Shown here piece after piece: positions 11,068 through 20,990 of a stretch of DNA of 64,000 nt. The position numbers and the translations under genes were made by a program. Under the pieces are notes generated by a model. That model saw nothing but the letters and a program-made list of their open reading frames with translations, was not told where the DNA came from and ran no database searches. Every line of letters begins with the position of its first letter. Position 1 is the stretch's first letter. The DNA is taken from sequence record MK599315.1, one strand, 5' to 3'.

Positions 11068-12435
11068 ATGTCCGATGTAATCGTACAACTACCGTTAGAT
11101 AAGACCGGACGTGATCCGAATAACCTGGTAGGTAGCGAAGAAGCAACTCTTACCCCTATCTCGGGGTTCCCGTTTAAAATGGTAACCATGTATCACGGCG
11201 GCTTCTATGTTAATAGCCTTCGTGTATATGACTCTCGTTACATTCCTTTGGTTCGTGATAAAGATTACATTGTCACGTATTACCATAAACAAGCCAGTGA
11301 GTTCTATGGACTTGATATTGCTAGCGGTATTGTTTTCTTAGATCGTACTCGCACTGGTAAAGTTTACATGTCCGCCCAGATGGTCGGTGGAGATGTTGCA
11401 TTTAGTTTCACAGTCATCGACGATTATGTAAACTTCTGGAAAACTAAGCCTTCTGACTATATTCCTAAATGGCTTGATTATAACGGCACTGAACCGATTT
11501 ATGGTCCTGGCGAGTTAGCTGCCCTACGCTGGCGCTTGGATACATATCAGCCGTTTAACAACGAGATTGAGAATATCTCTCGGGCAATCACTGGCCAACT
11601 TGGTAATACAGAAGCAGAGTTCCGTGTTGATGTAAAAGCTGAATATGATCGTTTCTTACAACGTTTCAATAATCGCCTCGATCTGCACATTCAAGATAAA
11701 GAAAACCCACACGTTGACACAAAAGAACATGTAGGTTTAGGTCTTGTAGAAAACTACCGCGTAGCGAGTCTTGCAGAGGCTACAGCAGGTATATCGAACG
11801 AACTCTATCTTACCCCACAGCTTTCGGCTGCGGAAGTAAATAAGATCGGTGGAGATCCACTACAGGCCCACATCGATGCACGTGGCAACGTTCATGGCGT
11901 CACTAATGCACAGTTGAATACCAATAGCAAGCAAGAAGTAAATACTCTGGCTAATACCAAGTATCTGAGAAATGAAGTTGTTGAAAACTCTAACCTCGGA
12001 TTTTGGTTAAACCAGGATATGACGTATAACCAAATTCTACAGTTGTATCGTAAAGACATTCCTGCAAATGCTTTTACTAACTATGATCAAGGCAAGCTTC
12101 CTCTTGGTCGATTAGGTCGTGGTGTTCTGAATAATCGTGCTGTTCTCGATAACAATCGGAACTGGACTAACATTGATGCCCTGCTATCTCTTCTTCCTCA
12201 AGGTGGCAGTGGAGATGTTGCATTCGCATCTTTCAGTGTCAATATCACTCAGGCGCAAGCCAACGCAATGGTTGCTACAACACCGCCGTTCTCTAACATG
12301 CGTTTGAATAGTATTGTTTTCTATTACATTCGCGAGACTAAGGCATGGGGTTCTGGTAACGGTGCATGGAACGGTGTATATGACATTCTTTACGCTTCTA
12401 TGAATATCCCAGGTCAAGGTTGGGTACCAATCTAA
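11068..12435 (+). CDS. tail fibre paralogue (gp133-like)
   Basis: 455 aa; LPLDKTG..PNN N-terminus, GGFY, QMVGG and NPH repeats. Confidence 0.75.
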   Translation: MSDVIVQLPLDKTGRDPNNLVGSEEATLTPISGFPFKMVTMYHGGFYVNSLRVYDSRYIPLVRDKDYIVTYYHKQASEFYGLDIASGIVFLDRTRTGKVYMSAQMVGGDVAFSFTVIDDYVNFWKTKPSDYIPKWLDYNGTEPIYGPGELAALRWRLDTYQPFNNEIENISRAITGQLGNTEAEFRVDVKAEYDRFLQRFNNRLDLHIQDKENPHVDTKEHVGLGLVENYRVASLAEATAGISNELYLTPQLSAAEVNKIGGDPLQAHIDARGNVHGVTNAQLNTNSKQEVNTLANTKYLRNEVVENSNLGFWLNQDMTYNQILQLYRKDIPANAFTNYDQGKLPLGRLGRGVLNNRAVLDNNRNWTNIDALLSLLPQGGSGDVAFASFSVNITQAQANAMVATTPPFSNMRLNSIVFYYIRETKAWGSGNGAWNGVYDILYASMNIPGQGWVPI

Positions 12436-12445
12436 AGGAATCAAC

Positions 12446-13852
12446 ATGAACCCATTACTTCACGCTCTTCCCTACGATGGGACGGGCACTTGTTTCAATA
12501 ACCGCACGCGTGGAGAATACCACAACTTGGCAGATCAAGCTGGTCTGCCATATCGGGTGATTGTTCTGGATAAAGGTTACTTCTACAATAACAATTTGCA
12601 CATGATCGATGGTCGTGGCTATGTGTTAAAAGAGAAGGACGATTTCCAATGCACTCAGATGCATCCAGAGATTACTAAGAAGACTGGCATTCCAGCTTTT
12701 GCAGTTATTGTCATTAAGAACCCACGGGTTCACCATGAGATCAGGGTTGATGCCCAGATGGTCGGTGGTGTTTACTGTAATCTTGGTAAAGCAATCGCTA
12801 ACCAAGCACTCGGGTTGATCAACAATACTCGGAAGATTCATTGGAACAATATTACTGGTAAACCGGATGATTACAAACCCAACGGTCACCTACATGCGCT
12901 GTGGGAACTTTACGGGTTTACGCCTCAAGTATTACTACTTAAGCGAATTACTGCCGCCGGTGAAAAGTTCGTAAAGAAAGACATGGATGCTTTGTTTGAC
13001 CAATATAAAGCCGAGCTTGCTTTAGTTGGAGATGAACTTACTTCCATTGAGCAACGTCTTACTACCCACATTAACGATCGTAATAACCCGCACAAACTCA
13101 CTGCCGCTAAAGTTCAGCTGGATAAAGTGAAGAATGCTGCTATTGCTACGAAAGATCAAGCTGAAGCAGCTAACGGGGATATTCTGGATCGTTACGCTAC
13201 GCCATTACGAGCTAAGCAAAGTATCGACAAGAACTTCTTACCGATTCTACAGGCGCACGTTGATGACCGTAATAACCCACACAAAGAGACAGCTGCTAAA
13301 CTTGGTACGTATACCGTTCAAGAACATCAGCAAGTTGCTGGGAACTATTACAACCGTGGTGAAACCGTTAACAGTACCGAACGTATTGGTGGCGTTAAAG
13401 ATGCCAACAACAATACGACTAGCAATGGCATGACTTTCCAAGAGCTTTACGAGTTCACTCGTCAGGATGAAATCCTTGGACAGCTGAAGACTGGTTTGCT
13501 GCCACCGCAAACTTTTGCAAGTGGGGCTATTCCACCTGCTAACAACTACGCGTTCCTTGTTCCTGCTTCTGCTGATGCAGCAAGCTGGCTTCATTGGATC
13601 GATATCCAAACAGCATGGATCGATAAACCAAAGAGCGTTATTTATGCGGCAGGGTCATTTGATCCTAACGGTGCAAACGCTGAAGCTCAGTTGAACAACG
13701 TGCTAGGTAGGAACCACCCTGCTGGTACAACGGCCATCTTCCGTTATCTTGGTGGCTGGGGTATCGGTACTGGTAACGGTGCAATCACAACGTATATTAA
13801 CTCCGTTGGTTTCGCTGTATTTAATACATCGTTAAATTCCTGGAAGGTATAA
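12446..13852 (+). CDS. tail fibre paralogue (gp134-like)
   Basis: 468 aa; LPYDGTG, GYFY, QMVGG, W..I.GKP..Y.P..H.H and NPH repeats. Confidence 0.75.
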   Translation: MNPLLHALPYDGTGTCFNNRTRGEYHNLADQAGLPYRVIVLDKGYFYNNNLHMIDGRGYVLKEKDDFQCTQMHPEITKKTGIPAFAVIVIKNPRVHHEIRVDAQMVGGVYCNLGKAIANQALGLINNTRKIHWNNITGKPDDYKPNGHLHALWELYGFTPQVLLLKRITAAGEKFVKKDMDALFDQYKAELALVGDELTSIEQRLTTHINDRNNPHKLTAAKVQLDKVKNAAIATKDQAEAANGDILDRYATPLRAKQSIDKNFLPILQAHVDDRNNPHKETAAKLGTYTVQEHQQVAGNYYNRGETVNSTERIGGVKDANNNTTSNGMTFQELYEFTRQDEILGQLKTGLLPPQTFASGAIPPANNYAFLVPASADAASWLHWIDIQTAWIDKPKSVIYAAGSFDPNGANAEAQLNNVLGRNHPAGTTAIFRYLGGWGIGTGNGAITTYINSVGFAVFNTSLNSWKV

Positions 13853-15217
13853 ATGAACGATATTACTTTTCTTGAGCTTGACCTTACCGGTGAAGATCCA
13901 GATAACTGGATTAAAGGTGAGGAACACACTCTAATTCAAGTTCCTGGTAAGAAGCATCGCGTATTCGTTTGTACCCATGGCGGTTTCTATACGAATGGCT
14001 TTGTACTGAGGGACTCTACTGGTAAAGCTCTTGTGCGTGGTAAAGACTATGTTCTAACGTATCACTACGAAAAGCTTTCTGAAATGACTGGTCAAAATGT
14101 GATGGGTCTCGTTGTTATCATCAACGCCTCCGTCACACCAGTCGTTCGTGCGGAATATCATGCAGTGGGTGGATTCTTTAGTGTTTCTGTAAAAGAACTT
14201 AAAGCACTAATGGAGAAGATAGATGAGACTAATCTTAAGTTTACTTGGGAAGAAATCATCGGTAAACCAACTGCATATACTCCATCAGAACACATGCACA
14301 AATATTGGCAGTTGTATGGTCTTGAATCCACGGTTGTCAATATTAACCGTTTAGGTGATGCATGGGCAGTGGGTCGAACTGCAATTCTAGCGGCTGGTAC
14401 GGATTATTACAAATATTACGTTCAGCTTGCGAAAGACGATGTGCAGAATTATATCAACCGTGTGAACGCTCACATAACCGATGAAAATAATCCGCACTCT
14501 TCGGATAAGGTAAAGATTAAGCTTGGGCAAATTAACAACTGGCCAATGGCTACAAAAGCTCAGACAACAGATACTAGCCTAACCAATGTGTATATGCCGA
14601 TTGGTGGTATTTTCAATCTGATCCAATCCATTTTGATTCCAAAGATTACAGATCACATTCGTAATCAAAATAACCCTCATGGGTTAACACTGGCGATCAT
14701 GAACTTGTACAGTAAAGCTGAAATCGATGCTATTTATGCACAACGGCTTCACCGTACACAACGCGCATTTACATCTAAACGGTTGGCTGGGGTTGGTTGG
14801 GAACAATTGTATTTCCCTGCACGAGTTGACCTAGATGCTAGTAACGTTTGGAATATCACTCGCTTTGAATTAAAGCAATTCGTTACGACTTTCCCAACTC
14901 CATGGCCTCCTACTGGAACTGATCCTCAAGGTCGTCCAAATATCCCGTCTGACTACTGCATTATGGGTAATGGACAAATCGTTCACTTCCGTGATCTATT
15001 TGCGACTTATAATGCCAATGCACGTGGGCACTATTATGCTGGTGGACGTTATGCTAGCGCTCAAGCTGCTATCAGTGCTCTCCAGGCAAATATCTCGCAG
15101 ATTGCTGATGGTGGTTATGGATTTGCTCAATACTTGCTGGACTTCAACAATGGTCGCAAAATGCCAACAATGGTTGTAATGCGCCGTAACGGTAGTAGTC
15201 TCACTCGAATCGTCTAA
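13853..15217 (+). CDS. tail fibre paralogue (gp135-like)
   Basis: 454 aa; LELDLTG..PDN, HGGFY, AVGG, WEEIIGKPTAYTPSEHMH and NPH repeats. Confidence 0.75.
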   Translation: MNDITFLELDLTGEDPDNWIKGEEHTLIQVPGKKHRVFVCTHGGFYTNGFVLRDSTGKALVRGKDYVLTYHYEKLSEMTGQNVMGLVVIINASVTPVVRAEYHAVGGFFSVSVKELKALMEKIDETNLKFTWEEIIGKPTAYTPSEHMHKYWQLYGLESTVVNINRLGDAWAVGRTAILAAGTDYYKYYVQLAKDDVQNYINRVNAHITDENNPHSSDKVKIKLGQINNWPMATKAQTTDTSLTNVYMPIGGIFNLIQSILIPKITDHIRNQNNPHGLTLAIMNLYSKAEIDAIYAQRLHRTQRAFTSKRLAGVGWEQLYFPARVDLDASNVWNITRFELKQFVTTFPTPWPPTGTDPQGRPNIPSDYCIMGNGQIVHFRDLFATYNANARGHYYAGGRYASAQAAISALQANISQIADGGYGFAQYLLDFNNGRKMPTMVVMRRNGSSLTRIV

Positions 15218-15229
15218 AGGAAATTACAC

Positions 15230-15826
15230 ATGTTCGATTTTCATAATGTACCAGAACCTGAAAAGGGTCGTAAACCTGTTGTCCTTTGTTTTAACCGTCT
15301 GAATGGTAAGTTCATCGTTGCTACTTCGATGACTATCGATCAATGCGATCCAGATAACCCAAACGTGATCTATGTTGAAGACAACATGGATCTGTTTAAT
15401 GGTGACCGAGTTGTCGGTGACCTCACCATCAATGACGATGGAACCTGGGAAAAGAACTACTCTATTCTTGGAGAGAACGAAGGTCCTCGTCTGATCTACG
15501 AAGCACAGCTGGACAACCAGATGGCTTACAAGATCACTCAACGTTATCCTGTCGTAGAACAAGTAAACGTGCTTGGGCGTGCAATCGTGGCTCTTGCAGA
15601 GAAGACCGGTCTTGAACTTACTGAACTTAGTGAGATGCTAGACTATATCAAACTCTGTAAAGATACTAGTCGAAATCACAAAGAGTTCTATCAGAATGAT
15701 CCCAACTACGAATACATTACCAATGAGCAAGAAGCCGAAGATCGAGCTGCTACCTTCGAAGGCGGTCTCCATGAACTCATTGGCCCAAGAAACATCGAAG
15801 GCGGTCGTGTTTTCGCAACCAGTTAG
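15230..15826 (+). CDS. hypothetical, possibly a tail-fibre assembly/chaperone-like protein
   Basis: 198 aa directly after the fibres; RYPVVEQVNVL resembles the R..YP...EQL..L motif of fibre-associated small proteins (recalled, unverified). Confidence 0.55.
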   Translation: MFDFHNVPEPEKGRKPVVLCFNRLNGKFIVATSMTIDQCDPDNPNVIYVEDNMDLFNGDRVVGDLTINDDGTWEKNYSILGENEGPRLIYEAQLDNQMAYKITQRYPVVEQVNVLGRAIVALAEKTGLELTELSEMLDYIKLCKDTSRNHKEFYQNDPNYEYITNEQEAEDRAATFEGGLHELIGPRNIEGGRVFATS

Positions 15827-16253
15827 TGAAAGACTGGTGGAGTACTTAAAAGCGCTACCTCGTGCAAGATGGTACAATCGCAAGAAGATAAATAGTATCC
15901 CTACCAAGGGTACAGTGGAAGCAAACTACTGGTTCCTTGGTAATGGTCAGATGCCAAAAGAACTTAGCGATTATCTGTTTGAAATTGCACCAACTATCAA
16001 TGGGATAAAACCCAAAGAAGCATGTGTCAATATGTACGAGGTTGGTTTTGGTATGCCGGAACATATCGACATTGCAATGTATCGATTTAATGTGGTGATT
16101 GCATTGTGTGATAATGGAGATGGACTCGACCTAAATGGTGAGTTCATCCCAGATGTTCCTGGAAGAGCAGTAATCTTTCCAGCTAAAACACCACCGCATT
16201 CTGTACCACCCGTAAAACACCTACGCTTCGTTCTCATCTATCTCTACGAGTAG
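15771..16253 (+). CDS. 2OG-Fe(II) dioxygenase superfamily protein
   Basis: VNMYEVGFGMPEHID (HxD) ... GRAVIFP...PHSVPPV..RFVL (distal His and 2OG-binding Arg). Start chosen at the ATG of MNSLAQE. Confidence 0.8.
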   Translation: MNSLAQETSKAVVFSQPVSERLVEYLKALPRARWYNRKKINSIPTKGTVEANYWFLGNGQMPKELSDYLFEIAPTINGIKPKEACVNMYEVGFGMPEHIDIAMYRFNVVIALCDNGDGLDLNGEFIPDVPGRAVIFPAKTPPHSVPPVKHLRFVLIYLYE

Positions 16254-16260
16254 GACAGAT

Positions 16261-16749
16261 ATGTATAAACATTACGACCCCCTTACCGAAGAGGAAGTAA
16301 CTACTTTAGTAGACCTCTCTCGTAAGGTTAAATATAAAGACTCGTATGGCTCTCGTTGCCGTATCGGTAAGAACAAAACCAAAGCACTGAGTATTTACAA
16401 CTATTCTAAGTGGTTTGATTGGACATCTAAACAACGAGATATCTTCAAGGTTGGTTTTAGTGAAGATATCCAAAATAAAGCTGTTCAAGGTTGGTTCCTA
16501 GATATTCCAGCTGGTCGTGGTTTCCTCGATCAGATGACAACGTGGGTCAATAAAACTGGTGCAGGTACCATCGTCGCAACTGCATTAAAAGATAGACAAG
16601 CCATTCAACTTAATGGACGTTTGATCGAACTTCGTAAAGGTGAACAGATCGCCTTTAACCTTAGTACAGTTCACGCGATTCCTAAATCCGACCATGGTCA
16701 GTTGTGGGCATGTGTAATGATACGTGGTGACTTCCAACAGTACACCTAA
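16261..16749 (+). CDS. degenerate DSBH/2OG-oxygenase-fold paralogue lacking HxD
   Basis: Aligns by eye with the upstream gene (ATALKD..IQLNG..I....G..IAF..ST.HAIP vs VIALCD..LDLNG..I....G..VIF..KT.PHSVP). Confidence 0.6.
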   Translation: MYKHYDPLTEEEVTTLVDLSRKVKYKDSYGSRCRIGKNKTKALSIYNYSKWFDWTSKQRDIFKVGFSEDIQNKAVQGWFLDIPAGRGFLDQMTTWVNKTGAGTIVATALKDRQAIQLNGRLIELRKGEQIAFNLSTVHAIPKSDHGQLWACVMIRGDFQQYT

Positions 16750-16780
16750 CGGCATAAACCTCCCTAACGGGAGGCAAGCC
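16750..16780 (+). terminator. hairpin terminator
   Basis: ggcataaacctccc-taac-gggaggcaagcc right after the stop codon. Confidence 0.65.
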
Positions 16781-16832
16781 AAAAATTCTTACACAATGGT
16801 ACAATGAACTTTCTAAGTCAAGGATTAAAAGA

Positions 16833-17708
16833 ATGGCTAGTAACCCTATCGATCAGCAGATTATCAACGTAGTACGTACGTGCTATGCATCTTATCTGCA
16901 AACTACAAAATATCTCGGTCTATCTCCGTTCCGTGTGATTGCACATACAACTCTGAATGAGAAGTTCGGTGTACAAAATGGCGTAACTCCAGCAGCGGGT
17001 GAAATTCCGAACGTGCGTTATATGGTAATTGGTAACATGGGTCACTACACAATCAAAGCCGCTGATGGCTCCGATGAAGTAGAAAACCGTATTCACCGTT
17101 CTAACCATGCTGCACTTTATAACCATATTCCGTTTGCACTGCGTGAAGTAACTGATGATCTTCCAGCCGCACAACGGGATCGGTTCTGCTTACGTGTTCC
17201 GGAAAAACATAATGGTAAAAACTACGTTGCCTATTATGGAATGCGCATTAACGTTACAGGTGTACAACCACAGCTTCTGGAAATCGAAGTAATTAATGGT
17301 ATTCCAACACCGAAACCGTACACACCAACTGTTGATGATCTTAACCCAGTACCGCCAGCTATTTCGAACAACGGTACAGTTATCGGTTCTAACGTAAATA
17401 TCTCGGCTAGTGCAATTGTTAAGGTAAGTTTGTCTGCTGAAGATATTATCGAGATCACCAATGCGCATCGAATTCGTACTGCATCGACTCGTTCTCCGAT
17501 TATCTCTGAGATCGGCTTGTGTTCTGGTGTTGACCGTAAGGTCGATGCACCCGCCGGTACGGGTGGTTCGTTCCAATATCTCGAAGTAATCGCTTGTCAA
17601 GTTAACGTACATATTGCCACTAACCATCCAATCGGTTATAACTCGAATGGTCTTAATCTGACCTTCGATATTGGTGGCGTTGAGCTACTCTTGGCGACAA
17701 GGCAGTAA
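16833..17708 (+). CDS. virion structural protein (phiKZ gp139-like)
   Basis: 291 aa, high-expression codon bias, synteny. Confidence 0.7.
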   Translation: MASNPIDQQIINVVRTCYASYLQTTKYLGLSPFRVIAHTTLNEKFGVQNGVTPAAGEIPNVRYMVIGNMGHYTIKAADGSDEVENRIHRSNHAALYNHIPFALREVTDDLPAAQRDRFCLRVPEKHNGKNYVAYYGMRINVTGVQPQLLEIEVINGIPTPKPYTPTVDDLNPVPPAISNNGTVIGSNVNISASAIVKVSLSAEDIIEITNAHRIRTASTRSPIISEIGLCSGVDRKVDAPAGTGGSFQYLEVIACQVNVHIATNHPIGYNSNGLNLTFDIGGVELLLATRQ

Positions 17709-17738
17709 ACGTAGCTAAGTTCGTATAAGGACTTGGTT

Positions 17739-18305
17739 ATGTTGCAGATGCCTGAAAGCGATGAACCATTCCGTGTTGCTTCGTTCGACCCAGGTTCGTC
17801 TAACTTGGGTCAAGCGTTGTTGGAACATGGCTTTAAGAATGAAGGTGTGGCGGTGAAAACCGCCTATACCTCTGTTCTTAGAGATACTCATCCGGACTAT
17901 TCAATGTTCGGGGAATTGCATGGTAGTCGGGTAGTCCGATTAATGATCATGCGAGATTTGATACTAGACTTCTTAAGGACACATAGACCACATGCTGTTA
18001 TTGTTGAATCTAACTATCTAGGTAGATTTGCCACAAGCTTTGCCGCATTGGTTGAATGTGTTGCCGTTATACGAAGTGCTCTTTTTGAGTATGACCCTTT
18101 TATACCGCTTTACATGGTTGACCCTACAACAGTTAAAACCAACGTGGGTATGAAGAAAATTAAGGGTACAGACAAAGAAGATGTGCGACGTGCATTGGTA
18201 AGTAGACCCGATGTTGTTTGGGGTGATGTTGACCATAATCAACTAGATGAACACTCCATCGATGCTGTAGCAATCGGTTACTATTTCCTTACACAGTTGT
18301 TCTAG
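17739..18305 (+). CDS. ruvC: RuvC-like Holliday junction resolvase
   Basis: RVASFDPGSSNLG (D), AVIVES (E), PTTVK..VG, K.DV, DEHSIDAVAIG (D..D): the RuvC catalytic pattern. Confidence 0.8.
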   Translation: MLQMPESDEPFRVASFDPGSSNLGQALLEHGFKNEGVAVKTAYTSVLRDTHPDYSMFGELHGSRVVRLMIMRDLILDFLRTHRPHAVIVESNYLGRFATSFAALVECVAVIRSALFEYDPFIPLYMVDPTTVKTNVGMKKIKGTDKEDVRRALVSRPDVVWGDVDHNQLDEHSIDAVAIGYYFLTQLF

Positions 18306-18317
18306 ATGTGAGGTAGT

Positions 18318-18812
18318 ATGTTCAACTGGTTAAAAAACATCAAGTGGTTTAATTGGGTGTTTATCGGTATAGTTATTACCGGTGGGCTTGGACTGTTGTT
18401 CTTCTATAACCAGTATACTGATCAGCTTGTACACAATGGCAGTTTAGTTGAGAAAAATGGTCAACTAGAAGTCAAAGTCGAAATGCAGGGTAAGTCAGCT
18501 GCCATCACTGATGAAACCGTTACTCAGTATACCACTCAAAAAGTCGATGAGCTGAGAGAGCTGGAACAATCACGAGCAGGAGTGATTGATGAGTACATTA
18601 ACTTATCCGGACAATCTGGGGTCAGTTGGCCTACTACAGAAAATGTCCCTGTGGAAAAAACTAGGGATGAACCTATTCGGAAAAATCCCACCACCGCCAT
18701 TAAAGATAATGGTAGTGTTACTGACGATGTTGCTCTTATCACCCTTGCTAATAGGATGTACGAGCACTACTGCAAAGCCAAGCGGCTGGACCCGCAGTGC
18801 GGTACCAAGTAG
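18318..18812 (+). CDS. i-spanin (Rz-like) candidate
   Basis: One N-terminal TM helix, then a coiled-coil periplasmic region ending with two Cys; overlapped by a lipoprotein gene. Confidence 0.7.
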   Translation: MFNWLKNIKWFNWVFIGIVITGGLGLLFFYNQYTDQLVHNGSLVEKNGQLEVKVEMQGKSAAITDETVTQYTTQKVDELRELEQSRAGVIDEYINLSGQSGVSWPTTENVPVEKTRDEPIRKNPTTAIKDNGSVTDDVALITLANRMYEHYCKAKRLDPQCGTK

Positions 18813-19059
18813 CTTTACTCAACTTTGCTATGTAGCTCCTCCACCGTCAGCTGACGATCTCATCAATGCACCTAGTCGGTATAAAGTAGCTGGGATCACT
18901 GATCCATGGGAAGCTCGTTTCCTATTGATGACAGATCACTGGTTATTACAGACTGACTATCTCGGTTCGTGTAATTTGCAAATCGAGAAGCTCCGTGACT
19001 GGGATAAAAAACAGTCAGAGATGGAGAGAAGCTATGACTCTGGAAAAAATATTAAGTGA
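18709..19059 (+). CDS. o-spanin (Rz1-like) lipoprotein candidate
   Basis: MVVLLTMLLLSPLLIG-C signal peptide with lipobox; Pro-rich (CYVAPPP); overlaps the 3' end of the i-spanin gene. Confidence 0.75.
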   Translation: MVVLLTMLLLSPLLIGCTSTTAKPSGWTRSAVPSSFTQLCYVAPPPSADDLINAPSRYKVAGITDPWEARFLLMTDHWLLQTDYLGSCNLQIEKLRDWDKKQSEMERSYDSGKNIK

Positions 19060-19438
19060 CCTTGGCGATAAGCCTTTGTCGAAAGCTCCTAACTATCGTC
19101 AAATCGTAGCATACTTGAACGGTATGTTACATGCAGATGGTAGTGCACGTGTTAATGGGAATACAACTGCCGATGAAGTATTAACTGAGATCTATTCTCT
19201 TTCTGATCTTGAAAAGCAGTCGAAGCTTCTCGAAAAAGAATACACTGGTGTTAGAGCTAGTGATACTTACCGCAGTTCTATTTTAACTGCAAGTGCCTTG
19301 TTAGCTATACTATCCACTGGTGTGGTGATGAGTGTTATTAACACTGATGGTCCAATGACTTCAGAAGTAGCCGATATCTTTAAAACTTTAGGTATGGGTC
19401 TTATTGAAATCATTAAGATGGTAATTTCTACTCAGTAA
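19034..19438 (+). CDS. membrane protein in the lysis region (holin/antiholin candidate)
   Basis: 134 aa with a soluble N-terminus and 1-2 C-terminal hydrophobic helices; lies between the spanins and the endolysin. Confidence 0.55.
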   Translation: MTLEKILSDLGDKPLSKAPNYRQIVAYLNGMLHADGSARVNGNTTADEVLTEIYSLSDLEKQSKLLEKEYTGVRASDTYRSSILTASALLAILSTGVVMSVINTDGPMTSEVADIFKTLGMGLIEIIKMVISTQ

Positions 19439-19448
19439 CAATAATATT

Positions 19449-19476
19449 AGCCCCTCCTTAAGTGGAGGGGCTTTTA
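19449..19476 (+). terminator. hairpin terminator
   Basis: agcccctcc-ttaagt-ggaggggct-ttt. Confidence 0.8.
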
Positions 19477-19528
19477 TAATGCTATGTGGGTTAAGTAAAT
19501 TTTGTAAACCACAATTGAGGGTTTAACA

Positions 19529-20062
19529 ATGAGCGATCGTTTTCCTTATAACCTCCCGTCTCGTGCGGCACTTTGCCGTTTGATTCGGGAAACGTCTAAA
19601 CACAAGAATATTCAGGACGAGTTTGTAAACTTCGAAGATATGTTCTTCAGTCCTACTTCTGGTGTTCCGGGGCGTACTTATATCGAGATGATCGATAACA
19701 AAGCTAGTCTAAAAGACTGGTTCGTTTATCGTCGTCTGGAATTGTCTCACCCTGATTGTCTTGGACCTAATCCGTCTATTAAACTATCTGGTGTAGCTAC
19801 ACCTGCGGCCATCGCAGAAGAGATCAACCGTTCCCGTAAGATGACATTCGGTCCGGACGATCTATCCTTCTCTACCACTGTCATTAATACCAAAGACGAC
19901 GTATTCGAATATGAACTCGTTGCAATGACTGGTAGTTACGCCTACTTCGGTTCGACTATCGTTACGATCGAAATGGTTGAAGGTAACCAATATGCACGTC
20001 TACTTGAGGATGGTGGTTATCGTCTAATGGAAGACGGCTTGATTCGTGAGCTGGAACATTAA
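19529..20062 (+). CDS. hypothetical/virion protein (gp143-like)
   Basis: 177 aa; YRRLEL motif like other phiKZ structural paralogues; ends with an RLLEDGGYRLMEDG repeat; TATG at 19483. Confidence 0.65.
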   Translation: MSDRFPYNLPSRAALCRLIRETSKHKNIQDEFVNFEDMFFSPTSGVPGRTYIEMIDNKASLKDWFVYRRLELSHPDCLGPNPSIKLSGVATPAAIAEEINRSRKMTFGPDDLSFSTTVINTKDDVFEYELVAMTGSYAYFGSTIVTIEMVEGNQYARLLEDGGYRLMEDGLIRELEH

Positions 20063-20079
20063 TTACTGGAGACAGACAA

Positions 20080-20859
20080 ATGGGTACTGTACTCAAACGT
20101 GGCGACCGCGGCTCTGCTGTGGAAGATCTACAAATGAAACTTCGAGTCGCAGGATACGCAGTTAGCGCTGACGGAATCTTCGGTGGAGATACAGAGAAAG
20201 CTGTTCGTGATTTCCAAGCTTCTAAAGCTTTGGTGGTTGACGGAAAAGTTGGACCTGCTACTCTAGCTGAACTAGCCAAATCCGCTACTGTTCCTGCTAA
20301 ATGGGAAGCTATCCCTTTCCCAACAGCCAATAAATCTCGGTCGGCTGCAATGCCCACTCTGAATGCGGTTGGAGCAATGACTGGTACCGATCCTCGGTTA
20401 CTCGCTACATTCGCTTCCATTGAGTCTGCTTTTGATTACACTGTCAAAGCATCCACATCTTCGGCTACTGGTTGGTTCCAGTTCCTTGATGCTACATGGG
20501 ATGACATGATCAAAGCACATGGTTCCAAATACGGGCTACCTAAAGATCCCACTAGGGCACTCCGTAAAGACCCACGTGCAAATGCATTAATGGGTGCAGA
20601 ATTCCTTAAAGGAAATGCAGCTGTATTACGTCCAGTAATCAATCGCGAACCGAGTGATACAGACTTGTATTTGGCACATTTCCTTGGTGCTGGCGGCGCT
20701 AAGAAATTCCTATCCGCAGATCAGAAAACTCTCGGTGAAGTTCTATTCCCGAAACCTGCTAAAGCAAACCCGTCGATCTTTAGCAATAAAGGTGTACCAC
20801 GTACCCTTGCAGAGATCTACAAGCTGTTCGAAGATAAAGTTTCGAAACATCGGGCATAG
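20080..20859 (+). CDS. modular endolysin: N-terminal peptidoglycan-binding domain + lytic transglycosylase (phiKZ gp144-like)
   Basis: LKRGDRG..V..LQ..L...GY....DGIFG..TE.AV..FQ....L.VDG.VG..T; catalytic ASIESAF...A.TSSATGWFQFL; DLYLAHFLG. Confidence 0.95.
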   Translation: MGTVLKRGDRGSAVEDLQMKLRVAGYAVSADGIFGGDTEKAVRDFQASKALVVDGKVGPATLAELAKSATVPAKWEAIPFPTANKSRSAAMPTLNAVGAMTGTDPRLLATFASIESAFDYTVKASTSSATGWFQFLDATWDDMIKAHGSKYGLPKDPTRALRKDPRANALMGAEFLKGNAAVLRPVINREPSDTDLYLAHFLGAGGAKKFLSADQKTLGEVLFPKPAKANPSIFSNKGVPRTLAEIYKLFEDKVSKHRA

Positions 20860-20907
20860 CGTCCACCTGTTCTTTTAACGGTGGTAACACTTAGAAAAGG
20901 ATTTTGT

Positions 20908-20952
20908 TAACCTGATACTTCCCCAGGTTTGAAGGTGGTATTATCAGGTTAA
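20908..20952. other. AT-rich inverted repeat after the endolysin gene (possible terminator)
   Basis: ttaacctgata...tatcaggttaa arms, followed by TATG at 20958-20961. Confidence 0.45.
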
Positions 20953-20990
20953 AAGAATATGTGCAACGCAGCCAATCCTGAAGGACATCT

